From: Haliotis rubra
Lineage: Eukaryota
Direction: 5' to 3'
Length of the DNA: 64,000 bases
Assembly (NCBI RefSeq): GCF_003918875.1
Contig: NW_025767297.1
Location: 558,001 to 622,000 of the forward strand
Shown here: in pieces, positions 39,471-52,225 of the stretch
How positions within the stretch are numbered: position 1 is the first letter of the stretch
Layout: every line of letters starts with the position of its first letter
Position numbers and translations under genes: made by a program
The notes under the pieces: model-generated
Told to the model about the DNA's origin: nothing
Database searches by the model: none
The model's input: only the letters and a program-made list of their open reading frames with translations

Positions 39471-40094
39471 TTTGGCCGTTCCAACGCTCAAAAAGGCCTT
39501 TTAAACCCGGTTATTTTTTATAGTTCTTTTTTATTAAGAAATGTTTTATGAAGGAGGATCAACATTTATTATGTCAACAATTTCTATAAACGCAACCGTA
39601 AATATTTATATACTTTTTCGTTGCAATTGATGCCATAAGAAAATTGCGTTTCTATCAATTAGCAAACATAAATGAGAAGGAGAAATGGAAAATATATTCG
39701 TGAGTATATACAAATTATGATCAATCGTGTTTCTGTGTAAACACACTGTAACCATATAACGCCCAGCTTCTACGATCACAAATAATCTGTATCATGTTTG
39801 CTATCCAGCTCAGCTGTTACGCTGCATTAATCAGTATTTTGATCAGCTTAAACACAGAGTGCAATGCACCTCCAACATGATCGATAATCATTTATGTGTG
39901 AAAGCGTTAGTCTGCTATTTGTACTGACTGTACCCACCACAACATGACACCGTCCGAGCAACAGGTGCTGGGTGACATCCGGCACGAGATGGCACCTGGT
40001 GCCATGGTTGTAGAGTGGAAGGTTTACTGTTACCAAGATGGTGTTGCACGGGTGCCAAGGTGTCATGGTCTCATAGTATATATCACATCCGTGT

Positions 40095-40254
40095 GGACGG
40101 TGGGGTAGCCTAGTGGTTAAAGCGTTCGCTCGTCACGCCGAAGACCCGGGTTCGATTCCCCACGTGGGTACAATGTGTGAAGCCCATTTCTGCTGTCCCC
40201 CGCTGGATATTGCTGGAATTTTTGCTAAAAGCGGCGTTAAACTAAACTCACTCA
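40095..40254 (+). mobile_element. SINE family A
   Basis: Consensus-like. Confidence 0.92.
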
Positions 40255-40880
40255 TATATCCGCGTGAATAAGTTCATGGGAATGTTTGTAATAATTTGTT
40301 CCCCAAATATTAAAACAAATGTCTTGCTCTAAAATAGCATCATGAGGTGGATAAGATCGGGGATAACATTGTAAAGAATATGTACGGTTACTTCTTTTAG
40401 AACAAAATATGTTTGAAGAAAAGACTTGAGACTGTCTCTCTTGCACACGCCCAATGAACAGATCCAAATAATGAAACAAATAAGCACATTGCAACCCACG
40501 CAAGTCTAGAATGTGTGACAAGTCTACATTACCATATTTGAAGTCTGAAAATGACGAAAATCTCTGAGCTCCTTTTTATTATATATTATTGATATAATAC
40601 AGAAATCATTTACTCTGTAAAACATGCTCATTTCAGAGACTAGATGTTGGTCTGGCCATTGCGGTACAATGCCACATTTTAGCATGTATGCAATCTTAAT
40701 ACCAACGCAAAGGAAACAGCATCACCTGTTAATATAACAATATATATGATCGAACCACTTGGTCGTCAAGCTTATGTTCTGTCCACTGGACCACCTGACC
40801 GCTCAATGGGCATCAAGCGCATCTAATTTTTCATCCAGTAGGAATCCGGGGCAGAGTGGGTCCACTGTCATCTAACTGCA

Positions 40881-41075
40881 TGGGTCGGTGGGGTAGCTTA
40901 GTGGTTAAAGCGTTGGCTCGTCACGCCGAAGACCCGGGTTCGATTCCCCACGTGGGTGCAATGTGTGGTCCCTTTTCTGGTGTCACCCGCCGTGATATTG
41001 CTGGACTATTGCTAAGAACGGCGTAAAACCATACTCACGCACTCACTCACTCACTCACTCACTCACTCACTCACT
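40881..41075 (+). mobile_element. SINE family A with long (ACTC)n tail
   Basis: Consensus-like; flanking repeat TCTAACTG. Confidence 0.92.
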
Positions 41076-41301
41076 CTAACTGTATGTTGGTCGTCACGTG
41101 GACGACAACCTTTCGGATCGTCCGATTCCAGTACAGCCCCATGGCGTGGATGGTTATTCATGATGTCAGTATCGGTTTACCTATGTCGATCTTTATCTTG
41201 TGACATAATTGGAATTGACAGCGGCGTAAAACAATGATCGTTCAGAAACCAAAAGTAGTACGCTCTGTCTAATTACCATGACCTTTCCCTCGTTGAAAGC
41301 G

Positions 41302-41440
41302 TGGGGCGATGGGGTTAAAACGATCGCTCGTCTCGCCTAAGGTCCGGGTTCGATACCCAATATGTGAAACCCATTTCTGATGTCCCCGTCCTAACATAGC
41401 TGCAATAAATGCTAAACGCGGAGGAAAACCTTATTCACTC
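41302..41440 (+). mobile_element. SINE family A, degenerate
   Basis: GGGTTCGATACC..CCCATTTCTG. Confidence 0.65.
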
Positions 41441-41679
41441 ATAATAAACAAGACCAAATATCCCCGAAACCGATTCCAGTTTGCGTAAAACAAATACGGG
41501 TACCAACTGTACAAATAGATTATTGAAAATACGTGATGACACCATGTGTTCACGAGAAGGGCCAGCATATCTTTCACTACTTGAATCACTTGAATCACCA
41601 GTAACTCACACAATTTACTTAACAATATTGCCGTTTATTGCACAACGCTACGCATGATAATCCTGCCATGCGCCTGTGA

Positions 41680-41938
41680 GTGAGTGAGTGATTGAGTTTA
41701 GTTTTACGCCGCACTCAGCAATATCCCAGCTATATGGCGGCGGTCTGTAAATAATCGAGTCTGGACCAGACAATCCAGTGATCAACAGCATGAGCATCGA
41801 TCTGCGCAATTGGGAACCGACGACATGTGTCAACCAAGTCAGCGAGTCTGACCACCGATCTCGTTCGTCGCCTCTTACGACAAGCATAGTCGCACATGGG
41901 TTGCTGAAGACCTATTCTACCCCGGATCTTCACGGGTC
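41680..41938 (-). mobile_element. SINE family B, full length
   Basis: 14-bp TSD CCATGCGCCTGTGA at 41666-41679 and 41939-41952. Confidence 0.92.
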
Positions 41939-41962
41939 CCATGCGCCTGTGACCTGAATAGT

Positions 41963-42115
41963 CAGTGAGTATGGTTTTACGCCGCTTTTAGCAATATTCA
42001 AGCAATATCACGACGGGGTACACTGGAATTGGGCTTCACACTTCGTACCCATGTTGAGAATCAAAGCCGGGTCCTTGGCGGACTATTTAACCACTAGACT
42101 ACCCACACCGTCCCC
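41963..42115 (-). mobile_element. SINE family A
   Basis: Reverse-complement match. Confidence 0.8.
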
Positions 42116-42252
42116 TGTGACCTGGAAATGTAGAAAACATACTATCAGGTTTGGACCAAAACGTCTAGTGACATTTAATTACACATTTTGTCGAAACTAA
42201 AACGACATGTTAATTCTGCATTACGTCTTCTGTGCATCAGGTGATTCTGCTG

Positions 42253-42416
42253 GAGTGAGTGAGTATGGATTTACGCCGCTTATAGCAATATTCCAGCAAT
42301 ATCACGGCGGGGAACACCAGAAATGGACTTCACACATTGTACCCTTGTTGGGATTCGAACCGGTGTCTCCGGCGTGACGAGCGAACGCTTTAACCACGAG
42401 GCTACCTCACCGCCCC
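42253..42416 (-). mobile_element. SINE family A
   Basis: Reverse-complement match; TSD GATTCTGCTGG. Confidence 0.9.
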
Positions 42417-42889
42417 GATTCTGCTGGGATCCAATGTAGAATTAATGTTCAGTTAACTATATCTGCCTTCGCTCATCAGAGTCGAATAGAGTGTAATGGC
42501 TGCACATCGGCTTAATACAGATGTTATGGCATGTTCTCAGATCCGGTTAATATTATTCATGGACTGAAAACTAATCAATAATTGAGCCACTTTGAAGATT
42601 TGAAGAACTGTTCAAGAAATTACACCATGTGGTCATAAAATAAGGAAGGAGTCAGTCTTAACAGTTGCAATACTGGATAAATATATTCGTGTTGCCAGCG
42701 TGGGAAAACATTGATTAAATTATAGAGGCGACAGAGTATGGTTTTACGCGTTTAACAATCCTGACAACTTCATATGGGAGCACAATTTAATCCTGCTTCA
42801 CAAAGGCTGTTAAACCTGCTTCTGCAGCATGTCAGACGAACCCCTGCACCAATAGGCCACTCTACTGCCATGATTATTATATTTTGTAG

Positions 42890-43050
42890 GAGTGAGTATG
42901 ATTTTACGCCGATTTTAGCAATATTCCACCACTATCACGGCGGGGAACACCAGAAATGGACTTCATACATTGTACCCTTGTTGGGATTCGAACCGGTGTC
43001 TCCGGCGTGACGAGAGAACGCTTTAACCTCTAGGCTACCCCACTGTCCCT
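42890..43050 (-). mobile_element. SINE family A
   Basis: Shares diagnostic variants (ACCCTTGTTGGGATTCGAACCGGTGTCTCC) with 42253-42416. Confidence 0.88.
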
Positions 43051-43349
43051 GGGGAATTGTACCTGGGTCTTCAGTATGACGAGCGGACGCATTAACCATA
43101 GCCCCTATTTTGTAAAGAACTGTCTTTGTAAAATATCAAAATTGGAAATATACCTTAATACACGTACATGTTATTGGTCAGCATGTTACTTATTTCTTCG
43201 CTGGATGGTGATGCTGACGACTAGACATCTCATTCTGATATACTCACTCGTCTTTTAAGAACAATTCAGATTTTACTGAACCCAGCCTTCTCAGTCAAAT
43301 AACGCATCATCTATCAGAACAAAACCTCTTGGACACATAACCGACACAT

Positions 43350-43483
43350 GGGTGATTGAATATGATTTTACGCCACTTTTAGCAATATTCCAGTAATATC
43401 ACTGCTGGACACCAGAAATGGGTTCACACATTGTACCCATGCAAGGAATTGAACGCTTTAACCACTAAGCTACCCAACCGCCC
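43350..43483 (-). mobile_element. SINE family A, deleted
   Basis: Reverse-complement match. Confidence 0.75.
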
Positions 43484-43512
43484 CAAAACGTTTTCATGTC
43501 CCAAAAGACAGT

Positions 43513-43720
43513 ACCCGTGAAGATCCGGGTTAGAATTGGTCTTCAGTAACCGAAAGAGGCGACTAACGGGATCGGGTGGTCAGTCTCGCTGACTTGGTAT
43601 CCCAGTTGCGTAGATGGATGCTCATGCTGTTGATCACTGAATTTTCTGGTCCAGAATCGATTATTTACAGACCGCCGCCATATAGGTGGAATATTGCTGA
43701 GCGCGGCGTTAAACAAAGAA
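43513..43720 (+). mobile_element. SINE family B with internal deletions
   Basis: ACCCGTGAAGATCCGGGTTAGAATTGGTCTTCAG start. Confidence 0.85.
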
Positions 43721-43765
43721 CCAAACCCAAACGTTTGCATAGCAATCCCTTTCATGCTATCTATA

Positions 43766-43904
43766 AGGGAGGAGTGCAGAGAAAGGGACAGCCAGGTGTT
43801 CGAGAACGGATGGAGACGGCACAGCACAGGTTAATGAATAAATAACTTTGTCTCTGAACGTGCTTCTCGAACACCTGGCTGTCCCTTTCTCTGCACTCCT
43901 CCCT
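43766..43904. repeat. Perfect 41-bp inverted repeat with 57-nt spacer
   Basis: 43766-43806 is the exact reverse complement of 43864-43904. Confidence 0.95.
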
Positions 43905-44504
43905 CGTAACAAACAGTGAACTGTGTCAATATTTTAATGATAGTTTGTTAAACAACTTTATATTTTTTAGGACAAAAATTCTGCAAAAACCTCACAGAGT
44001 GGGTATGATGTTTTGATTATGATCAGCGTTTCATTGAGTATTTTATGTTTATTAGTTTTCGAGTTAGATTGCAATTCATCGGTCCGTTTTTGAGCCAAAC
44101 GGACCATATATGAAGAGTTTCAAGTTGTTATTCACAGAAGCCTTGTTCGCTGCATGTGTCGTCTAGCCTGCTTTGTTATCACCGTGAAAAAAAATCAGTA
44201 CCATCTTGGGAGTTCGGACCTTCCCAGAGATAACACGGTCCCCCGCGATGAGAATGAAAAGTGAAAGCAACGGCTCAGAAAGATAAATCAGTGTCGGAAC
44301 TTGTAAGACGAGCCCTGGGAGAGGGCTGCTGCATGAATCATAATCTTTCTTTATGCTCAGGGACAGAATAGATTTTGCAGTTACATATTATAACGTACGA
44401 TTACTAGTAGTAGCAACAGTGGTAGTAGTTGTGTCGTTGTAGTAGTAGCGGTGCAGTATATTGCGTTGAACATGTCTATGTTATCTTTAAAGATAGATGA
44501 TGGA

Positions 44505-44673
44505 CTGACAGACTGACTGAGTTTGGTTTTACACCGCTTTTAGCAATATTCCAGCAACATCACGGCGGGGGACACCTGAAATGGGCTTCACACATTGTGC
44601 CCATGTGGGGATTCGAACCCAGGTCTTCGGCGTGACGAGCCTACGCTTTAACCATTAGGCTACCCCACCGCCC
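44505..44673 (-). mobile_element. SINE family A next to a (TAGA)n microsatellite
   Basis: Consensus-like. Confidence 0.9.
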
Positions 44674-45125
44674 GATAGATGATGGATGATATATAGACAG
44701 ATAGATGGATAGATGAATAGATAGATAGATAGATAGAGTTCAACAGATTGTCATGCAAATAATATACCAAAAGAAATTGTAAATAAAGAGACTTTAAATG
44801 TATGTATGATTATTTTACAATTTTACGCTCTACAAGAGTTGTTTCGTGTTTTAATAGTTGAAAAGTGGGGACTTTAATTGGTTTATCTTTGTCTCAAAGC
44901 AGAATTGTATTTCAACTGTTTTTTGGGACACCTAAATCACTGTTATTGGTCTATTTCGGCATGAAATAGGACAAATTAACTTTTCTGAAAAAGATGCATT
45001 TCACCTAAATATAAATGCATTTGAGAATTTGTTTTCGTGATTTGCATAATGCTGTGTTGTTAAGCTTTCTTCTAAACTAATATCTTCTAACATATCTTTG
45101 ACAGTTTTGGTAGGAGGGTAAGGTT

Positions 45126-45324
45126 NNNNNNNNNNNNNNNNNNNNNNNNNNNNNNNNNNNNNNNNNNNNNNNNNNNNNNNNNNNNNNNNNNNNNNNNNNN
45201 NNNNNNNNNNNNNNNNNNNNNNNNNNNNNNNNNNNNNNNNNNNNNNNNNNNNNNNNNNNNNNNNNNNNNNNNNNNNNNNNNNNNNNNNNNNNNNNNNNNN
45301 NNNNNNNNNNNNNNNNNNNNNNNN
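45126..45324. other. Assembly gap (N run)
   Basis: About 200 N. Confidence 1.
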
Positions 45325-45951
45325 TCCATAACATAACAAAAAACATTTCCGACCATGATGGTACTAACAAAAGCGTCAAAACCGTTTCCATGGCCACAAG
45401 ATTGAATGGATGAGAATGGTTTTATACCACTTTTAGCAATATATCAGTCACGATTGACACACGATTTGAGCTTCACGCAGTTTAACTATTTAGGGAATCA
45501 AACCCAGACCTTCGGCGTGTCGACGTTTAAACCACTGGTCTACCTGCATGTTGTGTGAGAACTTATACATTATGTGGGGCGCTGAATATAGTGGACACTT
45601 GGATAATATATTCCACACAACTGGATGACATTACGACAACATCCCGATACCTTCTGAAACGAATCTGGTGGCAAACTTTGGAAACCGTTTTACTGCCTAC
45701 CAATTTGTTCATTCAATATTTCCCCAAATTTCCTACAAAGCCAAATAATACAGATTTACTTGTACTTCTATAAATGATGTTCTCGGTAAACCGTTCATTC
45801 TGTGTCTCAAACTCAACAACAAGAATTCAGACAAACCAAAAAAGAATGTTTTCTTCAGTAGCTTCAACAGTCAATTACTGTTGATATTAAATTTCACATC
45901 TCACAAGAACATGGACATATCCACACCAAATTAATATAACAAAACGTTATA

Positions 45952-47243
45952 TAGTATGACCAGAAATTATTGAGAATTTTAGGAATATGTTTAATTTTGA
46001 TTTCTAGTATAAACAACCTTGACCAGCTATCAAGTGCTTTCATTCAAGAGAGACAACTCCGTTAATCCTTTTTCATTAGTTTGTGAAGAGTTATCCCCCT
46101 TTGTTTACTTGCTAGCAGACGACATTTTCAGTGATCCTCAGTATGGATGATTTAGAGAAGAGGAAGTTGATTTTAGAGTATTATAACAAGGACATCAGAT
46201 CAGCTAAAGTGATTTCAAGTAGAACAGGAATCCCTTTGTCCACTGTTTATCGTGTTTTAAAAAATACTGCAAATGGATATGGCATTGAGCACCAGGGAGG
46301 CGCAGGTAGGCCCAGAAAATTGACTGTCGGTGACAGGAGGCGGCTTGATATGCTTGTTTCTAAAAACAAACGAAGAAGTTTAGAAAACGTAAGGCTGGGT
46401 ATGATTGATAGAGGAACTGTGGCTGTCTGTAAGGAGACAATTAGAACTGAGCTGCATGCAATGGGTTGGCAGAAAAGTCGAGGAATTCCATCAACTTTCA
46501 TGAAACCTGAACAAAAGGAACGAAGGTTGAACTGGTGCTTACAGCATAGAAATTTTAACTGGGACAATGTGATTTTTTTCAGAGGAAAGTTCTGTTTGGC
46601 TGTTTCCGAATACACTGAAATTCTGGACCAATCAAACTGAAAAACCTTTGTATCAGCGCCCAAAGTACAGTCCGAAATTTAACGTGTGGGATGGCATATC
46701 TGTGTTAGGGGCAACGTCCCTCTGTGTATTTGAAGGGAATATGAACAGTGAGCGGTACACAGATATTCTCGAGGGACATTTACTTCCATCTGCTCACGTG
46801 TTCTATGGAAATGTTTCGATTTTCCAGCAGGACAACGACCCAAAACATCGTTCAAAGCATTCACAGGCCTGGTTTCGGACCCAAAATATGACATTATTAG
46901 ATTGGCCAAGCTATAGCCCTGACCTAAATCCAATAGAAAATGTTTGGGGACTTATGAAGGAAAGTGTCAATAAGAAAAATCGGACAAATATTGCTGAAAT
47001 GAAAGAAGAGGTGGTCCGATATTGGGACAGCATGGACCACGACTTTCTAACTTCTTTGATCAGTAGAATGCCCCGCCGCATTTAAGCCTGCATTGCTGCC
47101 CATGGTGACTTGACAAAATACTAACTGTTCACCTGTCTTTGAATCTGGAGTTATGTTCTGCTAATATTAACATTTAATACGTGAGTAATGAGTGAAAAAA
47201 AATATTACAATCTTAAATTCTCAATAATTTCTGGTTGTACGTG
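45952..47243 (+). mobile_element. Full-length Tc1-like (DD34E) transposon
   Basis: TIR core CCAGAAATTATTGAGAATTT at ~45960-45979 and inverted at ~47215-47234; TA flanks. Confidence 0.92.
46143..47124 (+). pseudogene. Tc1 transposase, frameshifted in a T-run near 46575 with premature TAA at 47083-47085
   Basis: HTH and GAGRPRKLT; first catalytic D region reads VIFSEES after the shift; FQQDNDPKH-x-SPDLNPIENVW with D34E spacing. Confidence 0.9.
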
Positions 47244-48149
47244 TACAAAGTTCACAAAAACGTCCAATAATAACGGTAAACTGCATATTTCATGATTCCT
47301 TATCGATTTTCACTAATTAAATGAGTATCAACATATCTGCGATATATTGGAATTGAAGTCAAAGTCAATTAAGTCGACAGACATCTTGATGTCTGTACTT
47401 TCCCATGGCGCCTGGGTAATTTCATCACCGTCGGAGACGTTGCACAGATTCCTGATAGCCAGGGGCGATAACGGTTAATACAATGCTTCCCATGGGACCA
47501 ATTACAGCACCTCGTTGCTTGACATGACGACAATGAATCGATCTGGTATTCATAGAATATACATATAATGCTCATACCAAATTAATATGCAATACTTCCT
47601 CAGTAGTTTTAACTTAAACGTTATGTCATACGGAACTTCCGTAATAGGGCAATCCTTCAGTCTGGCAGTCTGGCATGGGAGATGAGATTATGAAGACATA
47701 TTGTCCCAGTACACTTCCCCTCGGTCAAGACGATGGCTTTATGTGAACTTGACTGAGCTCGTTTGTACGTGAATGAGGGACTGGTGGTGGCCAAAATCTC
47801 GTTTTCTAAGGTTTTATGACACTAGCAAAGAATTAATTTGTGCATGGTGTTGAATGGCAAACAGTGGCGAGCTGTCTCACGTTTGTGTGTGAAAGAAACG
47901 TCTCTAGCGATTAGAGTGAGTGGGTATGGTTTTACGGCGCTTTGGAATATTCTGGCAATATCACGATGGGGGCACAAGAAACTTCAGGTATTATATCCAT
48001 GGAGCTCTCTCGACATCAGAACGTAAGAATAACGGTTTCATAATTTTGTTTACTCAAGCAGATGAAAAACTGTCTTGTTTCCGACAAACGTTTTAGGTTC
48101 GTTGTTTAGGACACTACGTACATATAGCTTGATATGGCACAGAAATGTA

Positions 48150-48295
48150 TGGGCGGTGGGGTAGTCGAGTGATTAAAGCGTTCGCTCGTCAACCCGGGTT
48201 CGATTCCCCACAATGGTACAATGTGTGAAGCTCACACGCCTTCATATTTCTGGAATATTGCTAATAACCGTGTAAAACCCGACTCAATTACTCAA
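48150..48295 (+). mobile_element. SINE family A, deleted
   Basis: GGGCGGTGGGGTAG..GGGTTCGATTCCCC. Confidence 0.75.
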
Positions 48296-49149
48296 AAAAT
48301 ATGTACATTTTGTACTGGCCGTCTCCTCATAGCTGAAAGCTTTAAAAGCAGGTGTGTGATAACGCTGAAGAGGAGTTGAATAAATCGCAAGAGATGATAT
48401 ATTACCATACCATTCAGTTCGTTCATTGATACCAGAGAAGCATCGATATCAGCTCTCCTTCTGTAATCAGAGGTTCTACATCAAATGAAAACAGTTGAAA
48501 ACTTTCCATTCAAAGATCTTAGGTTGACATACAAGACATACAAAAGCTGCTCTATCAAGGTTACGACTGTCAAGGCCTCAAAACATTTTACGGAAGACAT
48601 GTGGTGCAGATTTCACCATTTGACATAAAAAAAATTTCGGCTTTGACTTGTACCGTTTGTATTCGTTTCTGTTACGTTAAACAATTAACTTGCCTTTGCA
48701 CGCATTTGTGATGAGTGCTAACTGAACGGTAGGGTGGCTTACTTTTTCGGAAACATGGCGTAAATCATTGGTTGGTAGTGATTCATAAACCAATATTCAC
48801 GTTGATAGTCGGAACATTACATCTTAAGAATTTGGGAATGTTTGAATCTCAGAATCGCAGACTAATTATGAACATTTCATCAAGCATGATTTTTGGAAAT
48901 AAGTGTGTTCAAATATATAGGTAGATGTAATAAAAAATCAATACAGTCGGTACAGTCAGATTGTAACGACTACTCGGGCAATAAATAAACAGATTAAATA
49001 TTTACCATTTATGAATGTTTATAAGACTATAAATCATATAGTGTATCGAACTTTCATAAATTGAACCAACAGCCAAGGCTATGCAACTTGAAAAAAACTC
49101 ATTAATGTGATGTTGTCTCCAGACAGGTAATGAAACCTCCCATACTGCA

Positions 49150-50710
49150 GCATTTCTCAACACTTCCACAGTCAAGTGACCTGCAGCATGTCAACACTTC
49201 CATAGTCAAGTGACCTGCAGCATGTGTCAATACTTCCACAGTCAAGTGACCTGCAGCATGTGTCAACACTTCCACAGTCAAGTGACCTGCAGCATGTGTC
49301 AACACTTCCACAGTCAAGTGACCTGCAGTATGTGTCAACACTTCCACAGTCAAGTGACCTGCAGCATGTGTCAACACTTCCACAGTCAAGTGACCTGCAG
49401 CATGTGTCAACACTTCCATAGTCAAGTGACCTGCAGTATGTGTCAACACTTCCACAGTCAAGTGACCTGCAGTATGTCAACACTTCCACAGTCGAGTGAC
49501 CTGCAGCATGTGTCAACACTTCCACAGTCAAGTGACCTGCAGCATGTGTCAACACTTCCACAGTCAAGTGACCTGCAGCATGTGTCAACACTTCCACAGT
49601 CAAGTGACCTGCAGCATGTGTCAACACTTCCACAGTCAAGTGACCTGCAGCACGTCAACACTTCCACAGTCAAGTGACCTGCAGCATGTGTCAACACTTC
49701 CACAGTCAAGTGACCTGCAGCATGTGTCAACACTTCCACAGTCAAGTGTGACCTGCAGCATGTGTCAACACTTCCACAGTCAAGTGACCTGCAGCATGTG
49801 TCAACACTTCCACAGTCAAGTGACCTGCAGCATGTCAACACTTCCACAGTCAAGTGACCTGCAGCACGTCAACACTTCCACAGTCGAGTGACCTGCAGCA
49901 TGTCAACACTTCCACAGTCAAGTGACCTGCAGCATGTGTCAACACTTCCACAGTCAAGTGACCTGCAGCATGTGTCAACACTTCCACAGTCAAGTGACCT
50001 GCAGCATGTGTCAACACTTCCACAGTCAAGTGACCTGCAGCACGTCAACACTTCCACAGTCAAGTGACCTGCAGCACGTCAACACTTCCACAGTCAAGTG
50101 ACCTGCAGCACGTCAACACTTCCACAGTCAAGTGACCTGCACCATGTCAACACTTCCACAGTCAAGTGACCTGCACCATGTCAACACTTCCACAGTCAAG
50201 TGACCTGCACCACGTCAACACTTCCACAGTCAAGTGACCTGCAGCATGTGTCAACACTTCCAGTCAAGACCTGCAGCCATGTCAACACTTCCACAGTCAA
50301 GTGACCTGCAGCATGTCAACACTTCAACACGCAGCACGTCAACACTTCCACAGTCAAGTGACCTGCAGCACGTCAACACTTCCACAGTCAAATGACCTGC
50401 AGCATGTCAACACTTCCACAGTCAAGTGACCTGCACCATGTCAACACTTCCACAGTCAAGTGACCTGCACCATGTCAACACTTCCACAGTCAAGTGACCT
50501 GCAGCATGTCAACACTTCCACAGTCAAGTGACCTGCACCATGTGTCAACACTTCCACTGTCAAGTGACCTGCAGCATGTGTCAACACTTCCACAGTCAAG
50601 TGACCTGCAGCATGTGTCAACACTTCCACAGTCAAGTGACCTGCAGCATGTCAACACTTCCACAGTCAAGTGACCTGCAGCATGTCAACACTTCCACAGT
50701 CAAGTGACCT
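49150..50710. repeat. 36/34-bp minisatellite (CACAGTCAAGTGACCTGCAGCATGTGTCAACACTTC)n
   Basis: About 44 units; source of the repetitive ORFs. Confidence 0.95.
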
Positions 50711-51677
50711 GTTCATTTAGTATCACAGCATTGAATTGCTAACTACGAAAGGAATAGATCAATCAGGTTTTCCCTATTCGTATATATTATACAGGACGTA
50801 ACACCTGTGATAAACCCCTTTATCTCGGTTAGTTTATACCCGAGCTGAAGACCCATGTTTTCCATCTCACGCTTTTCACAAAGAATTCAATCTATGATAT
50901 TGTCATATTATTCATCATTTGACCCCTTTTGTTTGCTTCTCAAAAGTTCAGTGATGATAATAACGATGACAACGAGTGCGATGATGATGATAACTAGGAT
51001 TAGGGTTATGATGACTGGTTTTCCTTCATGCTCCACACAGCCATATCTGTTTCCCTAATGCGATTTACACAGCTGAAATCTAGCTCATGTCATATTACCT
51101 GATTAAATCTGTATTTATGCTGTGTAACCTTAATAGAAAAAAATGAATTTCATCGACGTTGATGGAAGTACTTTTAACCAACTGTGATTGTATCTTTAAT
51201 CCCCAAATAGTTTCATATTGCATCCTCACAAATGCCATTTTGGAAATTAGTTTTTGCCAGATCAAACATACGAAAATAGTATTTTTCGTCTTAAAAGCGT
51301 GTTTCATATTTTCTGGCAGGGGAAATGAATCAAATCGATGGGACGTTGTCACTCCGCTTCCATCTAAACATGATCGTGAAAACCAAAGTTAAAATGTCAC
51401 CATATTGTGACCACGTGGAACTGAATTTGATCAAATTATGATGAGCAATTTATAAATGGATTCTTCAATCCTACTTGTACGTTTGGCCATACTTATAGAA
51501 TTCCAGTAGCCTGTTTCCCACACCTCCGAGAGTAAAAAGTAATCCTGTTCCAGTGTAAACTTCTTTGGAAGCTCTGAAACCCTGCGTTGTTTAGAGATCC
51601 ATTTGGGTTTTGGTGAGGGATATATATCTAAAGTTAATATTTGAGACTAAGTGTTAGTCAGGTGATCTGTTATTAAA

Positions 51678-51837
51678 GGGGCGGTGGGGTAGCCTAGTGG
51701 TTAAAGCGTCCACTCGTCACGCTGAAGACCCGGGTTCGAATCCCCACATGGGTACTATGTGTGAAGCCCATTTCAGGTGTCCCCCGCCGTGATGTTGCTG
51801 GAATATTGCTAAAAGCGACGTAAAACTAAACTCAGTC
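51678..51837 (+). mobile_element. SINE family A present only in duplication copy 1
   Basis: Absent at the paralogous site near 57508. Confidence 0.9.
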
Positions 51838-51997
51838 AACACATTCCCGCAACACATTCTCTTGATAAGCATCGGGTACTTGCAAGTAAATGTGTTGGTT
51901 ATGTTGTGAACTGTGCAAATGCTAAATCTCTGGAACTTCGGTGTGACCAGCGAACTCGTTAACCACAAGGCTACTCCACCACCTCTTATATATTAAC

Positions 51998-52225
51998 ACC
52001 CGTGAAGATCCGGGTTAGAAATGATCTTCAGTAACCAATGCTTGTCGTAAGAGGCGACTAACGGGATCTGGTGGTCAGGCTAGCTGACTTGTTTGACACA
52101 TGTCAGCGGTTCCCAATTGCGTAGATCGATGCTCATGCTGTTGATCACTGGATTGTCTGGCGCAGAGTCGATTATTGACAGAACGCCGCCATACATGTGG
52201 AATACTGCTGAGTGCCACACTCACT
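51998..52225 (+). mobile_element. SINE family B shared by both duplication copies
   Basis: Paralog at 57681-57910. Confidence 0.88.

Noticed and set aside
39943-40110. 54-codon plus-strand ORF MTPSEQQVLGDIRHEM...
   Set aside because: No recognisable motif or splice support, and its stop lies inside a SINE
45001-45397. ORFs spanning the N run
   Set aside because: Artefacts of the assembly gap
49102-50063. Long repetitive ORFs on both strands (also 61511-62233, 38070-38648, 21008-21931, 2616-2921)
   Set aside because: These are translations of minisatellites with frame-shifting unit variants and no sign of coding constraint
20852-50710. CRISPR-like appearance of the 35-52-bp arrays
   Set aside because: Units are head-to-tail with no unique spacers, no cas genes are present, and the context is eukaryotic
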